Source: Vicugna vicugna
Taxonomy: Eukaryota
Length of the DNA stretch: 64,000 nt
NCBI GenBank assembly: GCA_013265495.1
Contig: MU058636.1
Coordinates: 4,809,741-4,873,740, forward strand
Direction: 5' to 3'
Part shown: positions 12,425 to 26,095 of the stretch, one piece after another
Layout of the letters: every line of letters starts with the position of its first letter
Numbering within the stretch: the first letter of the stretch is position 1
The notes under the pieces: model-generated
Seen by the model: only the letters and a program-made list of their open reading frames with translations
What the model was told of the DNA's origin: nothing
Databases searched by the model: none
Program-made: the position numbers and the translations under genes

Positions 12425-15374
12425 CTGGAAAATGGGGAAATAAGAGATTACTTTATGACAATGCATTGTCATAATGTAAATCACTTCCTTGCATCTCTAA
12501 CATTTAGCAGTTTGTAATTATGAGACCATCAGGTTTTGAGATGTTGCAATTCAAGTTGGAAAGAGAGATGCTAGCCTTTCTAGAAGGTATCATTCCTTCA
12601 TAGGAGGCAGGAGAGGGCTGAGAGGAGACTTGAAACTAACAAACACTGGTCACCACCACTGACTTCTGCAGCAACCAGGACTGATTCTAGACAAAACTCT
12701 TCAGGCCCCGTTGCGGGTGTGACGACAGCCTTCCCTTGTGGGCACAGCCCTCACTGCCACTGGTCTGTGATGTGCCAATGCCCACGCGCCCATGCTGCAG
12801 CCCTTTCTTTCATACCCACACCTGTCCTAGGTCCCCTGGCCTTGGAGCTATGTCCTCTGTAAGGACCCATCCTTGAAACTAGTTCTTGCTGAGGTATGAA
12901 ATGTAGATATAAGTGATGTGGGTGCTACCCCGTTAGGCAACATTTCAGCAGTGACCTAAGCCAAATTTAGAAACCACAGCAGAAGGAAAGAGGAACACCC
13001 AACATTCCCCATGCCTTCCTAAACCTCAATTACTCTCTTGAAATATGAAAATATCACAGAAAAAAAGAAAAACCATCATGGAATATGTCCTTTAAGGAGG
13101 GAGAAAAAAAGCACATTAAGTTCTGCACAAAATAACTTCAAAGAGAAGATGATTCCAATTGAAATCCATAGTCAGCCTTTTTGGGAGAGAAGGTCGCTAT
13201 TATGCTAGACAGTAACAGGGTAAATCCCTGAGCCTCCTTTCCTCATCTGTAAAAAACTGAGGACAATGTCACCCATCTTGCTAAGTTAGGATGACGACCT
13301 CACAACCTGGGGAAGCCCCCCGCGCAGCGCCTGACACCACGAGTGTGTGTTTCTCTCCCTCTTCCGTGCAGCACTCACCAGCATAATTCTAACTTCAAAC
13401 AAATTCACCAGGCAGATAGAGTATATGACAACACAGCCATGCTCACAATAAAAAAGATATTTAAAAGTTGGAGGAAAAAAATGTTGAAGAACGACAAGGG
13501 CAGAAAATGCAAGAGAAAGCAGAGCTAGTCAACTCTTTTTGTTTTTTCTTCTCCATCAAGAAGAATTCTTTAATCAAGAAAGAACGTAAGGCACTGAAGC
13601 AGCAGATGATGAGGAAGCACCTAAGTTGCTTAAAAGACTTGCGTTCAGTTCTTGACTTTTCCTCTACCCCGTCATGTGATCTCTCTAAGCTTCTGTTTTC
13701 CCAACTGAAAACACGGATAAGAATCACTACCTTTTAAACAGGGCTTCTAGTAAGGCTCAAATGAGGTGAGGTATGGGAATACATTTTCCAAGAGGTAAGG
13801 CACTTTACAAATGTAAGCTACTATTATTTTACTAATAGTAAGAAGTGAAGTCAAATTTTCTAACCGAGACTATTTACATGCCATTGTAGTACAATATATT
13901 GGAATCTGTACATAATGGGAGAGATGGCAAAGAAAATATGGCCATTTTAAATCTACCACAGAAACAGAAAGCGACATGAAAGAAAGTATAAAGACTCAAC
14001 GAAACAAATTCAGTTTCCACATAAATGTCTTTTGACCTTAAATAAATTCAAACTGAAAACCCAGATCAAAGGTCCAAACTTTAACCTCCAATACAAACAA
14101 TTATTATAAAGACACCTTAGAAGAAAATCTAAGGGCAACACTAGCTGCATTTTCAGGTGTGTGTATTTTATATTTGTGAAAGCTTTACAGTTTTTGAATT
14201 ATTTTCATCAATATTATCTAGTTTAAATCACGAAAGCTACAAAGTTTAAATAATAGTGTGTAACTTATTTTCCTTTCTTTTATGTACTCAGTTAAGCAAC
14301 TATGGATATTAGTTGCAAGATTTTTTTTTTCCTTTTTGGTCCCTGATTTGACATCCCTTCTAAATCTGGTTTCATCTGTTTCCCTATTAAGTCTGACCTT
14401 AGAGGTTTTGTTTTGTTTTGTCATTTCCAGAGTTGAGTTTTTCTTTTCATAAACAGACCCTTATCTACTGGTGTTTTCCTTTTTATGGTTTATATTATCT
14501 ATTGGAAGTTAATACTCTCTAATGTTTCCTTTAAAAAAAATTTAAGGCTTGTGTTCAATTCACATTTCATTTGAACCCTATTCCTTCCTAGAAAACAAAA
14601 ACAAAACATAGGAAAGAAACTACTACCCTCCCTGATTGGAAAATTTTGCCTTAGAGTAAAAGTTAAATTGTTCAAGACCACTATAGGGCTAAACCATCTA
14701 ACCCTCATTTCCTAAGGCACATGTGACTGTAGCCTACATGGTTACAGGTAGGCAAAAATATGAGTGGTTTTCACCTTTACAACGCTAATGGAATTTGGGG
14801 GAGGGGGTTGGGAGAGGGGTGCCTGTATGATCTTCATGATCATTCCTTCAAAAACTTGTTTTATCTTCACCTGAATGTTAAATTAGCACTGGTAGCCATG
14901 GTACATCTTGAATATGCAAGACAATAAAAGCTCTCCTACCTAAATGAAGAACTGATTATACAGACAAACTTGAGAGTCTCAAACTTAAGTAGAAGCAATA
15001 AATACCATTCCACCAGCTTCAGAAGTGATGAGGATAATGCCCCAGCTCTAGCTTTCTTTGTGGTGGTCAGGAGCCTCGTGCATTAGGGAAATTGAGAGGA
15101 CGAAAATAAAAGGGAAAAAACAGGAAGACAGTTACTTCCATATAACCTTCACCTTCACAGCTCCCCCAAATTCACTTGAAATCACTGCTAGGAGAGAAAC
15201 TTAGGTTCTAATCTTGATTTCACAACTTATCATCCTTTTGTATAATTCTTTTATTTAATAATAGAGAACCATGGAAATATATTTAGGTACCTATTAGTCA
15301 CTCACCCACTCACTGACAAAGCTCAACATTAGTATATAATTTTGAGTTGTACCCCTAACTTTATTATGGAAACT

Positions 15375-15984
15375 TGTGGGAGCCCATGATTGGGTTAACA
15401 AATTGTAACAATCCCAGCCACTTATCTCCTTAAAGAAGACGTGCTTAGTAACTGCCTTGAGGTTTTAGCAATGACCCAGGCCCCCGGCTATAAACGTATA
15501 AACGCTGGGCGTGCCTGCTGTTAGTCTTCTATCCCCAAAACAGCCTTGGGCTGGAATGGTAAAAAGCTGCAGACTCAGAGGTGAGAAGGCTGGTTAGCCA
15601 GTGACGGGTAAGACCCCCGAGGGGGCAACCTGAGACAGGCACAGCCGCCTGAGTCCAGGAAAATCTTGTCAAGCAGCTGATTCTCATACATTCAGCCCTG
15701 ATAAGCTGAAAGGCTCAACACGAACATGATTCACCAAAAAGGGTCTTATGACCTTGAGCCAAACACCAACAATAAACAAAGCCTTTGTACTCATTGTGAT
15801 CCCACCCTGTCCTTCCCTAAATTCCTGCTTCAACTGTACTCAATAAACATGAGATCTGAGAGGCTCTGGAGTTGGCTTCCAACTCCCTCTCGCTCTCTTG
15901 ACTTTTCCCCAGAGTCTTGAGTAATTCATTCCGTCTTGGTGGGACTTCTGCTGGCCAGAACCCACAACTGGTGACGAACCCACA
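15375..15984 (+). mobile_element. Endogenous retrovirus LTR in N4BP2L1 intron 1, antisense to the gene
   Basis: TGTGGG...CCCACA inverted termini. Perfect 6-bp TSD GAAACT at 15369-15374 and 15985-15990. AATAAA at 15842-15847. Interrupts an older antisense L1 fragment. Confidence 0.88.
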
Positions 15985-15990
15985 GAAACT

Positions 15991-18250
15991 TTCCAACGTG
16001 GAAAAGCAGACAGAATAACATAATCATTCCCCATGTGCCCGTGGTCCAGCTTGAACAATCATCATCATATGGCCAATGTTGTTTCACCTGCTTCATACTT
16101 CATTTCACCAAACATCCCAACAGCACTCAAATTTTCCCAATTGTTTCATAAACCTATTCCTACACATGGTTTGCTTGAATCAAGACCCAAACAAGACCCA
16201 CACATTGTATTTGGTTGTTATGCCCTGTAAGTTTCATTTTTCCATACTTTTCCCTGAACTTTTTTCCCCTCAACCTTTTAAATTTAGAAAATGTTCAAAC
16301 CTATAGAAATGAATTGAAAGAATAATACAATGAATACTGGTTACCTTCTAAGTTGCAGACATCATGATACTTTGTTCTTAAATGCTTTTAGTATCTTCTA
16401 TGAACAAGAACATTGTCCTACATATTCATGATCTAAAAAATAACATTGTATTATTTTTATAATTATAATTATAATAAATTGTTTTAAATAAATTATAACT
16501 TTATTAACTTATGTTATAATTTATATTATAGTTATTCATAATAGCTAATGTTAATAGATTTTTTAAAGTTTTAAATTTCCTTCATGGTATCAATAATATC
16601 TTTCATAGGTTCAAGTACTGCATTTGGTTATTATGTTTCTTTAGTGTTTCAAACTAGAACTGTCCTCGTGCCCTCTTTGGTTTCCCTTTTTAAAGAGTTG
16701 AGGTCAGTTGGCTTGAGAATGCCCCACATTCTGGGTTTGTCTGATTGTTTCCTCATAATTGGATCCAGGTTAAACATTTTTGGAAGGTGACTACAGAGGT
16801 GATGTTTACTTCAGATTGCACATAATGACCATTTGTACCATCATGCTAAGTATGATCACTTGGCTAAAAGGTGGTGTCAGCCAGATGTCTCCTCTATAAA
16901 GGTTCCATTGCTTCACTTGTAATGCTACCTAAGGCTGGGCGTGGGAAGGGTGGGTGGGTGTGAAACATGAGACCCCATGTAACAATCCTGTTCCCTAAAA
17001 CCTTTCCCTCGATGATGTTTACATTCATTGCTAGATCACTGGCAAATTGATTATTACACTGGGAATTGAAGAATAACGATTATCACATTATATAATCTCT
17101 TCTATATATACAAGGTGGCATTGTCTAGTCAAGAACAGCTCTCTTTCTCTCCCCTTCCCCTGTTAATCATGCTCACTATTGTTGGTCTTTATGATGCTCA
17201 AACTATCCCAAATTTGGCCAGCAGGTAGCCCTTCAATCTGGCTCCTGTGTCTTAGTCTACAGAAACCTTAAAAATACTGTTTTTCCTTTCTAATTAGCAA
17301 AGTAATACATATTCACTGCAAAATATTTCGAAAGAGAAAACTGCAAAATAGGGGAGGTTCCTATATCCCCCCACCTAAAAATAATTACTATAAACATTTT
17401 GACCTTCTTTCCAGGAGACAGAATTTTTTTTCCTCTGATGTTTTGTTACATAAAAAGAAACATAATCTAGAGCATTTCATCTTTTCACCAAACTTATTTC
17501 CACAGCAGTTTTTTCCCACCTCATGAAATACTATTCTATACCATTCTTTTAATGATGTAGTTACTCGTATGGATGTACCATAATTTACTTAACGAATGCT
17601 CTATGGTTAGGAACTTAGTTTGTCCCCAACTTCTTTTATTACCACCAAGTTTAAATATTTTTTCTTATCTGTGCTGGTCACTTAGAGATACTCTTTTGTG
17701 AACTGCATTTTCATGTTCTTTGATTGTTAATAAAAAACCTCTACTGAGAGGTTTATGGCTTTCTTATTAAATATTAAATTTCTTATTAAGTACATCAATT
17801 TCTTTTAAATTTTTTATAATAAACTCTAACATAAAAGTCTAACTTATTAGAAATTTTCTAGTCACTGTATCCATCTTTTATTTTCCACTTTCTGCCTTTG
17901 ATAATACATTTACAACAATCTTTCTCACCCCAAGATTATATTAACATTCATTTGTGTTCTATTACATTTTACTCCTCAATCCATCTAAAATTTTAGTTTA
18001 GTAGGTGGCAGTGGTTGAGGATCTAATTTGATTTTTTGCCCACATGAGAAACTGGTTATCCCCAAACCACTGACTGAACATTTCATCAATTCCTCATTGT
18101 TTTGAAATATTTGTATTATATGTATACTAAATGATAACAAATAATTAGGCCTATGATTGGACTTTCTATTTTGTCCCACTAAGCTTGATGTCTAAGTTCT
18201 TCTTCATTGTCTCTTTCCCCAGTATTTCCAGTATTATCTCCTTGATTACA
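15991..18250 (-). mobile_element. Fragmented ancient L1 (L1MC/L1ME-like) 3' regions
   Basis: Antisense L1 motifs such as GAATCAAGACCCAAACAAGACCCACACATTGTATTTGGTTGTTATG, TCCCAAATTTGGCCAGCAGG and GGATGTACCATAATTTACTTAAC. Boundaries approximate. Confidence 0.6.
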
Positions 18251-19699
18251 TTCACTAGCTGCAAATCTTTCCTTTACAAAATGTATACTTTTGTTTTCTT
18301 ATTTTATTGAAGACACATTTCTGAACAATATCAAATAAAATGATTTCCCCTTCTTGATGTCTTTGAGTCTTCGCATGGTGGACTAAAGTTGGCTGTCCCA
18401 ATAAATTTGCTTTTTTTCTAAGAATGCTAAGCACTAAACAAAGAGCTTGGCATATATTCTCTCTCCTTACCCTTTACAACAATCTTATAAAGGAAACAAC
18501 ATTTTCTCTATTTTTTAGATGAAGAAACTAAGGCTTCAAGAGGCTAAATAACTAGTCCAGATTTATAAGACCTGGATATGGTGCTGCCAGAATTGTACCC
18601 CAGGTTAATACAGTCAGGGCACACGGCTGTTCTATACTTTGTGAGTTCTTGTGGATCTAAGAAAGCTCTTCTATTGTCTTCAAACACAATTTGGCTGAAT
18701 GAGAATTACTTATTACAATCCTTTTCCACAGATATTTTTAGTTCAAATTTGTTTCAGTTAAAATTGAGTTCAATTGCATTTAATAGAAAACTCAGATAAC
18801 AGTGGCTTTTAAAAATGTACATATACATGTATGTGTGTGTGTATACATATATACGTGTGTGAAAAATCCAGAAGTAGATTCTAAGGCTGGTATCACGTGG
18901 ACCCAAGGTCAACATGGACCCAGGTGTCTGCCATCTTTTGTTTTTCCTTTTTTCATAAACGTGTGTCTACTGTCCTTTTTTTAACATGTGGCTTCCATTC
19001 TTTCATTCTTCCATTTTGTTCCCCTTAATGGGCACAGGGTGCCACTGCAGTTCCAGCTTTTACACCCATATTCTACAGAGCAGGAAGCAACAAGGGAGTC
19101 TTGAAAACGTGGTTGGCACGTTGCCACACCTAACAAAAAGGGACTAAGGAAGTAGAGGTAGCCAGTTAGCAGCTTCTGCAGCAGTCTTACCAGGATATAG
19201 CAAGGTACTGAATTTATTTTTTATCACTTTTGTTTAAGTCTTCAACTCATAAATATGTTCTATTAAATCTGTAACTGTTGCTTAGGTTACATTTATTCTG
19301 GTTTTATTTGGTTCTATTTAATCTCACACTGGTCTTCTGTGTTTCTATGCTACTGTTTGATTTGCTGCATTGTGGTTCTGCTCATCTCTATGTCTCATAA
19401 ACTTCAAAATTCCAACATTTACCTTAAATTATTTTTTAAAATATTCAGCTCCTTCAAAAACTTTGTTCTGCATCTTAGCCTTTTATAGTTAGCCAACTCC
19501 TTTTATAGTTCAGATTCATTATCATTTTTCTTGTACCTCTTATATCAGAGACAAGAATTTTTCAGAAAAAAAATTTTTGTGTATAAAGTTAAAAGAAATT
19601 AATATGACAAACACCAGTATATCAACCAGCTGAAGCTGATAATTATTAACATTTTCTCCTATTTGTTGTGTTGGTTTAAAATCCAACCAAACCTCCACC

Positions 19700-19940
19700 T
19701 TAACTCTGACAATCCCAAAACCCTTTACTATATACTCTTATCCCTTTTCTACAGCACTTATGACCTCCTAACGTAACGGGTAGTTTTCTTATATTTTACG
19801 GCCTTTTCCCTACCTCTGGTATATAGTGTCCATGAGAGCAGGATCTTTGTCTGTTTCGTTCACTGATGATTCCCAAGTACCTAGAACACTTCCTGGAACA
19901 TAGTAGGCACTCAATAAATATTTGTTGAATATTCGAATAA
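19700..19940 (+). mobile_element. L2 LINE 3' end
   Basis: CCATGAGAGCAGGATCTTTGTCTGTTTCGTTCACTG...CCTGGAACATAGTAGGCACTCAATAAATATTTGTTGAAT. Confidence 0.85.
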
Positions 19941-20177
19941 GTGAAGGAAAATATATTTTTAGATGTATTCATGTTGATATATAGACTTAGTCCATTTCTT
20001 TTAACTGCTACATAAAGAGTAGCCATTAATGCCATAAGAATAAACATAGCTAACATTTATTAGGTACTTACTATGTTTCAAGCACTATTCTAATGACATT
20101 TCTCATATAATGCTCAAATAGACCTGAGATAAGTACTGCTCACAACCCCCATGTTACAAATGAAGAAATTAAGACGA

Positions 20178-22705
20178 GTGAGTGGATACAAAATCAACAT
20201 ACAGAAATCAGTTCCATTTCTACACACTAACAATAAAACATCTGAAAAAGAAAATATTCCCATTTACAACAGCATCAAAAACAATAAAATACATGGAAAT
20301 AAATTTAACCAAGGAAGTGAAGATCTGTATGTTGAAAACAATAAGACTGATGAAAGAAGCTAAAGTAGACACAAGCAAATGGTTAAGATATTCTGTGCTC
20401 ATGGATCAGAAGAATTAATACTGTAAAAATATCCATATTACCCAAAGCCACCTACAGAATCAGTGCAATGTCTATCAAAATTCCAAAGGCATTTTTTAGA
20501 AAAATGAAACAAACAATCCAGAAATTTGTATGGAACCAAAAAAGACCCCAATTAGCCAGAGCAATCTTGAAAAAGAACAACAAAGCTGGAGGCATCACAC
20601 TTCCTGATTTCAAACTAAGCTACAAATCAATAGCAGACAAAACAGTAATGGTACTCGAATAAAAACAGACACATAGACCAATGGAATAGAACTGAGAGCC
20701 TAGAAACAAGCCCTCACATATGCAGTCAACTAATACTTGACAAACCAGGAATGCCCAATGGAGAAACAGTCTCTTTAATAAAGTGTTTAGTAAAGAAATA
20801 ATCAACAAAATGAAAAGGCATCCTATAAAATGGGAGAAAATATTTCCAAATCATGTATCTGATAAGGGATTAATATCTAAAATATATAAAGAACTCATAC
20901 AACTCATTAGCAAACAACAAACAATCGAATTTTAAAATGGGCAGAGGATCTGAATAGACCTTTTTCCACAGAAGACATATAAATGGCAAATAGGTACCTG
21001 AAAAGGTACTCAATATCACTAATTACTAGGGAAATGCAAATCAAAACCACAAAGAAACCCTCCTACACTGTTGGTGGGAATGTAGTTTGCTGCAGCCATT
21101 ACAGAAAACAGTATATAGATTCCTTAGAAGACTAAAAACAGACTTACCGTATGATCCAGCAATCCCACTCTTGGGCATATATCAAAAGGAAACCTTAATT
21201 CAAAAAGATACATGCACCCCAGTGTCCACAGCAGAACTATTTACAATAGCCAAGACACGGAAACCACCTAAATGTCCATCGACAGATGACTGGATAAAGA
21301 AGTTGTGGTATAATTATACAATGGAATACTACTCAGCTATAAAAAATAATGAAATAATGCCATTTGCAGCAACATGGATGGACCTGGAGATTGTCATTCT
21401 AAGTGAAGTAGGCCAGAAAGAGAAAGAAAAATACCGTATGATATCACTTATATGTGGAATTATATGATATCAATGTGGAATTAAAAAAAAGACAAATGAA
21501 CTTATTTACAAAACAGAAACAGACTCACAGACATGGAAAACAAATTTATGGTTACCAGGGGCGAAAGGGGATGGAAAGGAATAAATTGGGAGTTTGAGAT
21601 TTGCAGATACTAACTAATATATATAAAATAGATAAACAACAAGTTCATACTGTATAGAACAGGTAACTATATTCAATATCTTGTAGTAACTTATGGTGAA
21701 AAAGAATATGAAAACAAATATACATATGTTCATTTATGACTGAAGCATTATGCTGTACACTAGAACACAACATTGTAAACTGACTATACGTCAATAAAAA
21801 TAGATATATATAAAACTGAAAATTTTTTTAAATAAAATATAAAGAAGGGAAAAAAAGAAACCGTGAGCTATCACCTCACACCTGTTAGAATGGCTATCAT
21901 CAAGAAGAGATTAATGATGACGTGGAGAAAAGGAAACGCTTGTGCACTGTTGGTGGGAATGTAAATTAGTGCAGCCACTGTGGAAAGCAGAATGAAGTTT
22001 TCTCAAGAAGTTAAAAATAGAACTACCATAAAATCCAGTAATCCCACTTCTGCTTATACATCCAAAGGAAATGAAAACAGGACCTAGAAGAGATACCTGC
22101 ACTCCCAAGTTCATTGAAGCACTGCTCACAGTAGTCAAGATATGAAGACAACCTAAGAGCCTGTCAATGGATACATGGGCAAATGTGGGAAATATATACA
22201 ATGGAATATTATTCTGCCATGAGAAAGAAGGAAATCCTGCCATTTGTGACAACATTGATGAGTCTTGAGGGCATTATGCTAAGTGAAATAAATCAGACAG
22301 AGAAAGATATATACTGTATGATCTCACGTACATGTGGAATCTAAAGAAGTCAAATTCATAGAAATAGAGTAGAGCGGTGGTTACCAAGGGCTGAGGGGTG
22401 CGGGAAATGGGGAAGTGTTGATCAAAGGGTACAAATGTCTAATTATAAGGTAAGTCTGGGGAGCTAGTGTACAGCATGGTGATTATAGTTAATACTGTAT
22501 TATATACCTGAAAGTCACTTAAGAGAATAGATCTTAAATGTTCTCACCACAAAAAAGGAGTGGTTCATTATCCAACACAATGGAGGTGGTGGCTAACACC
22601 ACAGTGGTAACCATTTTTCAGTACAGAAGTGTATCAACACATTGTACACCTTATACTTACACAATGTGTCAGTTACACCTCAATCAAGCTAGAAAAAAGA
22701 AAAAA
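20178..22705 (+). mobile_element. 5'-truncated L1 (ORF2 3' part plus 3' UTR) inserted into a MIR
   Basis: Degenerate ORF2 peptides SGYKINIQKSV and KNNKAGGITLPDFKL; A-rich end near 22700. MIR halves at about 20050-20175 and 22705-22770. Confidence 0.9.
21051..21862 (+). mobile_element. Younger L1 3' fragment nested in the older L1
   Basis: ORF2 C-terminus [13 protein letters not shown]...MEYYSAIKNNEIMPFAATWMDLE with its own 3' UTR and A-tail. The host L1 resumes at TGAGCTATCACCTCACACC. Confidence 0.85.
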
Positions 22706-25700
22706 CAGATCAGTGAGCGGTACAGCTGGATTAAAACTCAGGCTTCTGGCCTCAGAGCTATACACTAAATCACTGTGATAGAGTGCTGAAAAATAGACAA
22801 ACCACATGTATCCCTTTCTCTGATGACACTGAGGTTGTTTGCAATTTTATCATGAACAACTTTCAATGAACATCGTTGTGTCAATCTCCCTTTGCAAACG
22901 TAGAGCGTTTCCTGAGGATCTGTACCTCAAGTGGAAGAGCTATGGAATCCTTTGTTTGTTTTTTCGAAAGGACAGAGCAGAGCAGATGTTGTTTACAACT
23001 TCCTTTACTTCAAAAAAAAAATTTCTCTCTGATAGAATACATATTCCATGAAGGCAGGGATTTTTCTCTTTGGTTCACTGTTCTATTCTAAGCATCAGAA
23101 GAGTGTCAGGTACAGGCAAACTAATCAATAAATATTTGGTAAATGTATGAATGGTTCTGTTGCTTTAATTATGAAAACTTTGTATAGGGTCCCAAACTGT
23201 GTGAGGAGAATTTCTATTTAGTCATCTTTATACATTGAGAATTTTACCCAAACCTCAGATTTACCCCCAAACATGACTGGGAGAGAGGACTCTTCTCGGA
23301 TTCCAGCACTTCCTCTGGATGTTATTAGAATTCTCCTCGAGGACTTTAAGCTGGGAGGTGGGAAACAGGTTCGGTGACCAAACAACCTGAGGAGAATGGG
23401 GAGGGAGCCACAGCTGTAAACACCTTGGGACAGTGTCCCCTGCGGCCTGGGGTGGCCTGACCTTCTTGGTGCTGCCAACCACCATGCCAAGGCTAGCCCT
23501 GCCCCTGGAGAGACGGACCTCAAGCGTCACCAGCCCCACGGATACCACCAAGCCACAGCAGCTACCAGGACTCCAGTGAAGGGCTCCCAGGCCGTCCTAC
23601 TGCTCACTTTTGCCCTCATCCCTCACCCCTCACAGCAGGGCAAGTTTATGGGATCCAAAACCAGACTCGCAGTTAGCCCTCAAGTGCCAATGTGGCCCCA
23701 CGGCACACATCTACAGAAATCCCTTCAGTATCTTGCACGTGAACAGTGCCCTTCTGGAGAATCCAGCAATGCCACAGGTTTCCCCTCTGTTTGTGTTTTG
23801 CTGGTCACTCCAGCCATGCTCAGAAGAGGGGAAGGAATCAGAAGCACACACCCACCTCAGCATTAACTTGTTTTCGGCTGTGTTTTCCCAAAATGTCATA
23901 AATCACTTACAGACAACAGGACAGTGGCCGTACAAGAAAACTGTCACTTTGGGTTCTTTTTTGACTGCTGCTTATTATGGGAAAGCAGCTGTACCTCTGA
24001 TACTTATTTTTAAAACTCTTTTTAGGGATAACTGTTGGGCGAAGGAGACGGCACATCAAACATTTTCACACGTAAAACACAGGAATGGTTTTCTTATGAA
24101 CGGAATTGAAGAGAACATTGGAGCATTTGGAGAGAGTGGCTCCATTCCTTTATTCCTCTTGTCTGTTCTCCACAGCCTATTCATTCTTTCACATTTTCTC
24201 TTTATGTGAATGATCTCCTTTTTGGTTTTGCTGTTCACGCAAGACCCATGCTGATTCTGAGCTACCAACTCTTAGGAAGCTTCTGGCATGAACAAATCCA
24301 TCAAACGTTTAGGCCTACTATGTGCCAGACCTTCCTTTAGGGGCTGAACAGAATAAAGTTCCTGATCTTGTGGAGCTTACATCCCACCTCATGAAGCGCA
24401 CCTTTTCATAAGCGAAATAGATAATAAACAAGTAAGTATATGCCAGGCCGTGCTGGTGCAAGGAAGAAAGGGGAGTCAAAGCACAGGGCAAAGACGGCGG
24501 GGGAGGTGCTACTCTAGAGAGCAGGGAAGGCCCCTAGACCCTTTTCCTTATATCCTGGAAGAGTGTGGGAAGGGATGGTGAGACGTCCCAGTAATACAAT
24601 CTTACTTCAACAGGACTCCCTAATCAGTGGATGTTTGTCCGTGAACATCCCTGTTAAGGTGAGACCATTTTGTGCATCATGAAATCCCGAGTCTCAGAAG
24701 CAAATGTTTCATTCCTTGATCTTAACATCCTCATCTATAAAATAAAAACACTTCATGTTAGAATTACTGTAAAGATCCAGTAAGCCAGCAAATATACAGT
24801 GCCTGCACACAGTCCACACTCAGTACATACGGGCTTTCTTTTCCGTGTTACCTTTCTAGTAGGTGATTGTGAGCATATACTGCACTCCATGTTCTTACTC
24901 TCTGGGAACATATACAGCATGTGTAATCCTCATTCATCCCAACCTGCAGAGAGAGGCACTGCAAGGACTCTCAGGGATGGGGAAAGGAGATCAGGACCTA
25001 TCTTATGAAAAATCACTAAAAATACAAAAAGCTAATAGCTTCCCCAAGTAGACCAAAATGGCTAAAAATCTGAGATGTTGCCTGCCTGATACTCTAGTTT
25101 CATACACCCAGACTTGGAATACTGCAAAGTTTCTATTTTGACCTTGCTTTTATTTATGAGAGCCCTGGCCTCATAAACAAAAACATCATGGTCCAGGACG
25201 GCAGACTCAGGAGCACTGGGGCACAAGTGCTCTGGGGTCTGACTACTCACAGTTAGTGGCCCTAACTGATCCCCTCTTCTCACTGCTTCCCATATTTCAC
25301 CACATTTGGCTGTAAAGTACACCTTTGTCCCCATCTCTGTCTTATCATTACACTACATCAGGAAAGCATTCTTTCACCTCCTTGGAAAGCTCTAGTGCCA
25401 AGAAATAATGAAAAGGTACTTCTCTGGATGGAAAATTCCATGTTGTTCAGAGATATGAATGCAGAGAAAAGAGAGCTGTCAGCAGGCATCTTTTGAGCCT
25501 ACCGAATCCATGTTACATTCTTTATGGTTCCAAAGCAAACTAGAACATTGCAAAGGATGCAACATGTCCTGGAGTCTGATTCCCATACTGTTCTTTGACA
25601 CATAAAGATTTTTAAAAATTCCAGGAATTTGCTTAAGGTTGACAACTTTTAATTTTTCAAATAAAGACTTCAAAAATTTTTTTAAAAAGGGAAGACTACC

Positions 25701-25734
25701 TACTCCTATTGCCATTTCATTTCATTTCAAAAGG

Positions 25735-26095
25735 ATGATTTAGTGGTATAACTATGCAAGGGAATATAATTCAGTCACAAAGCAATGAGGTTATGACACA
25801 TGTTACAACATGGATGAACCTTGAAAACATTAAGCTAAGTGAAATAAACTAGACACAAAAGGACAAATACTGTATGATGCCACTTGAGCTATCTAGAGTA
25901 GTCAAATACAGAGACAGAAGTACATCAAAGGTCACCAGGGGCTCAGGGGAGGGAGGAAGGGGAGGGTATTGCTTAATGGGTACAGAGTTTCTGTTTGGAG
26001 TGATAAAATTCTTTTGAAAAAGACAGTGGTGATGGTTGCACAATATCAGGCAATTAATGACACTGAATTGTACACTTTATAAATGGTTAAAATGG
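25735..26095 (+). mobile_element. Old L1 3' end (L1MB/L1ME-like)
   Basis: ACAACATGGATGAACCTTGAAAACATT...GGACAAATACTGTATGAT...TAATGGGTACAGAGTTTCTGTTTGG...CACTGAATTGTACACTTT. Confidence 0.85.

Noticed and set aside
16440..16580. Very AT-rich tract with internal symmetry
   Set aside because: Low-complexity sequence inside decayed L1; no defined unit.
23218..24268. Cluster of 60-199 aa ORFs in N4BP2L1 intron 1
   Set aside because: No recognisable protein similarity or consistent splice pattern; chance ORFs in a locally GC-richer stretch.
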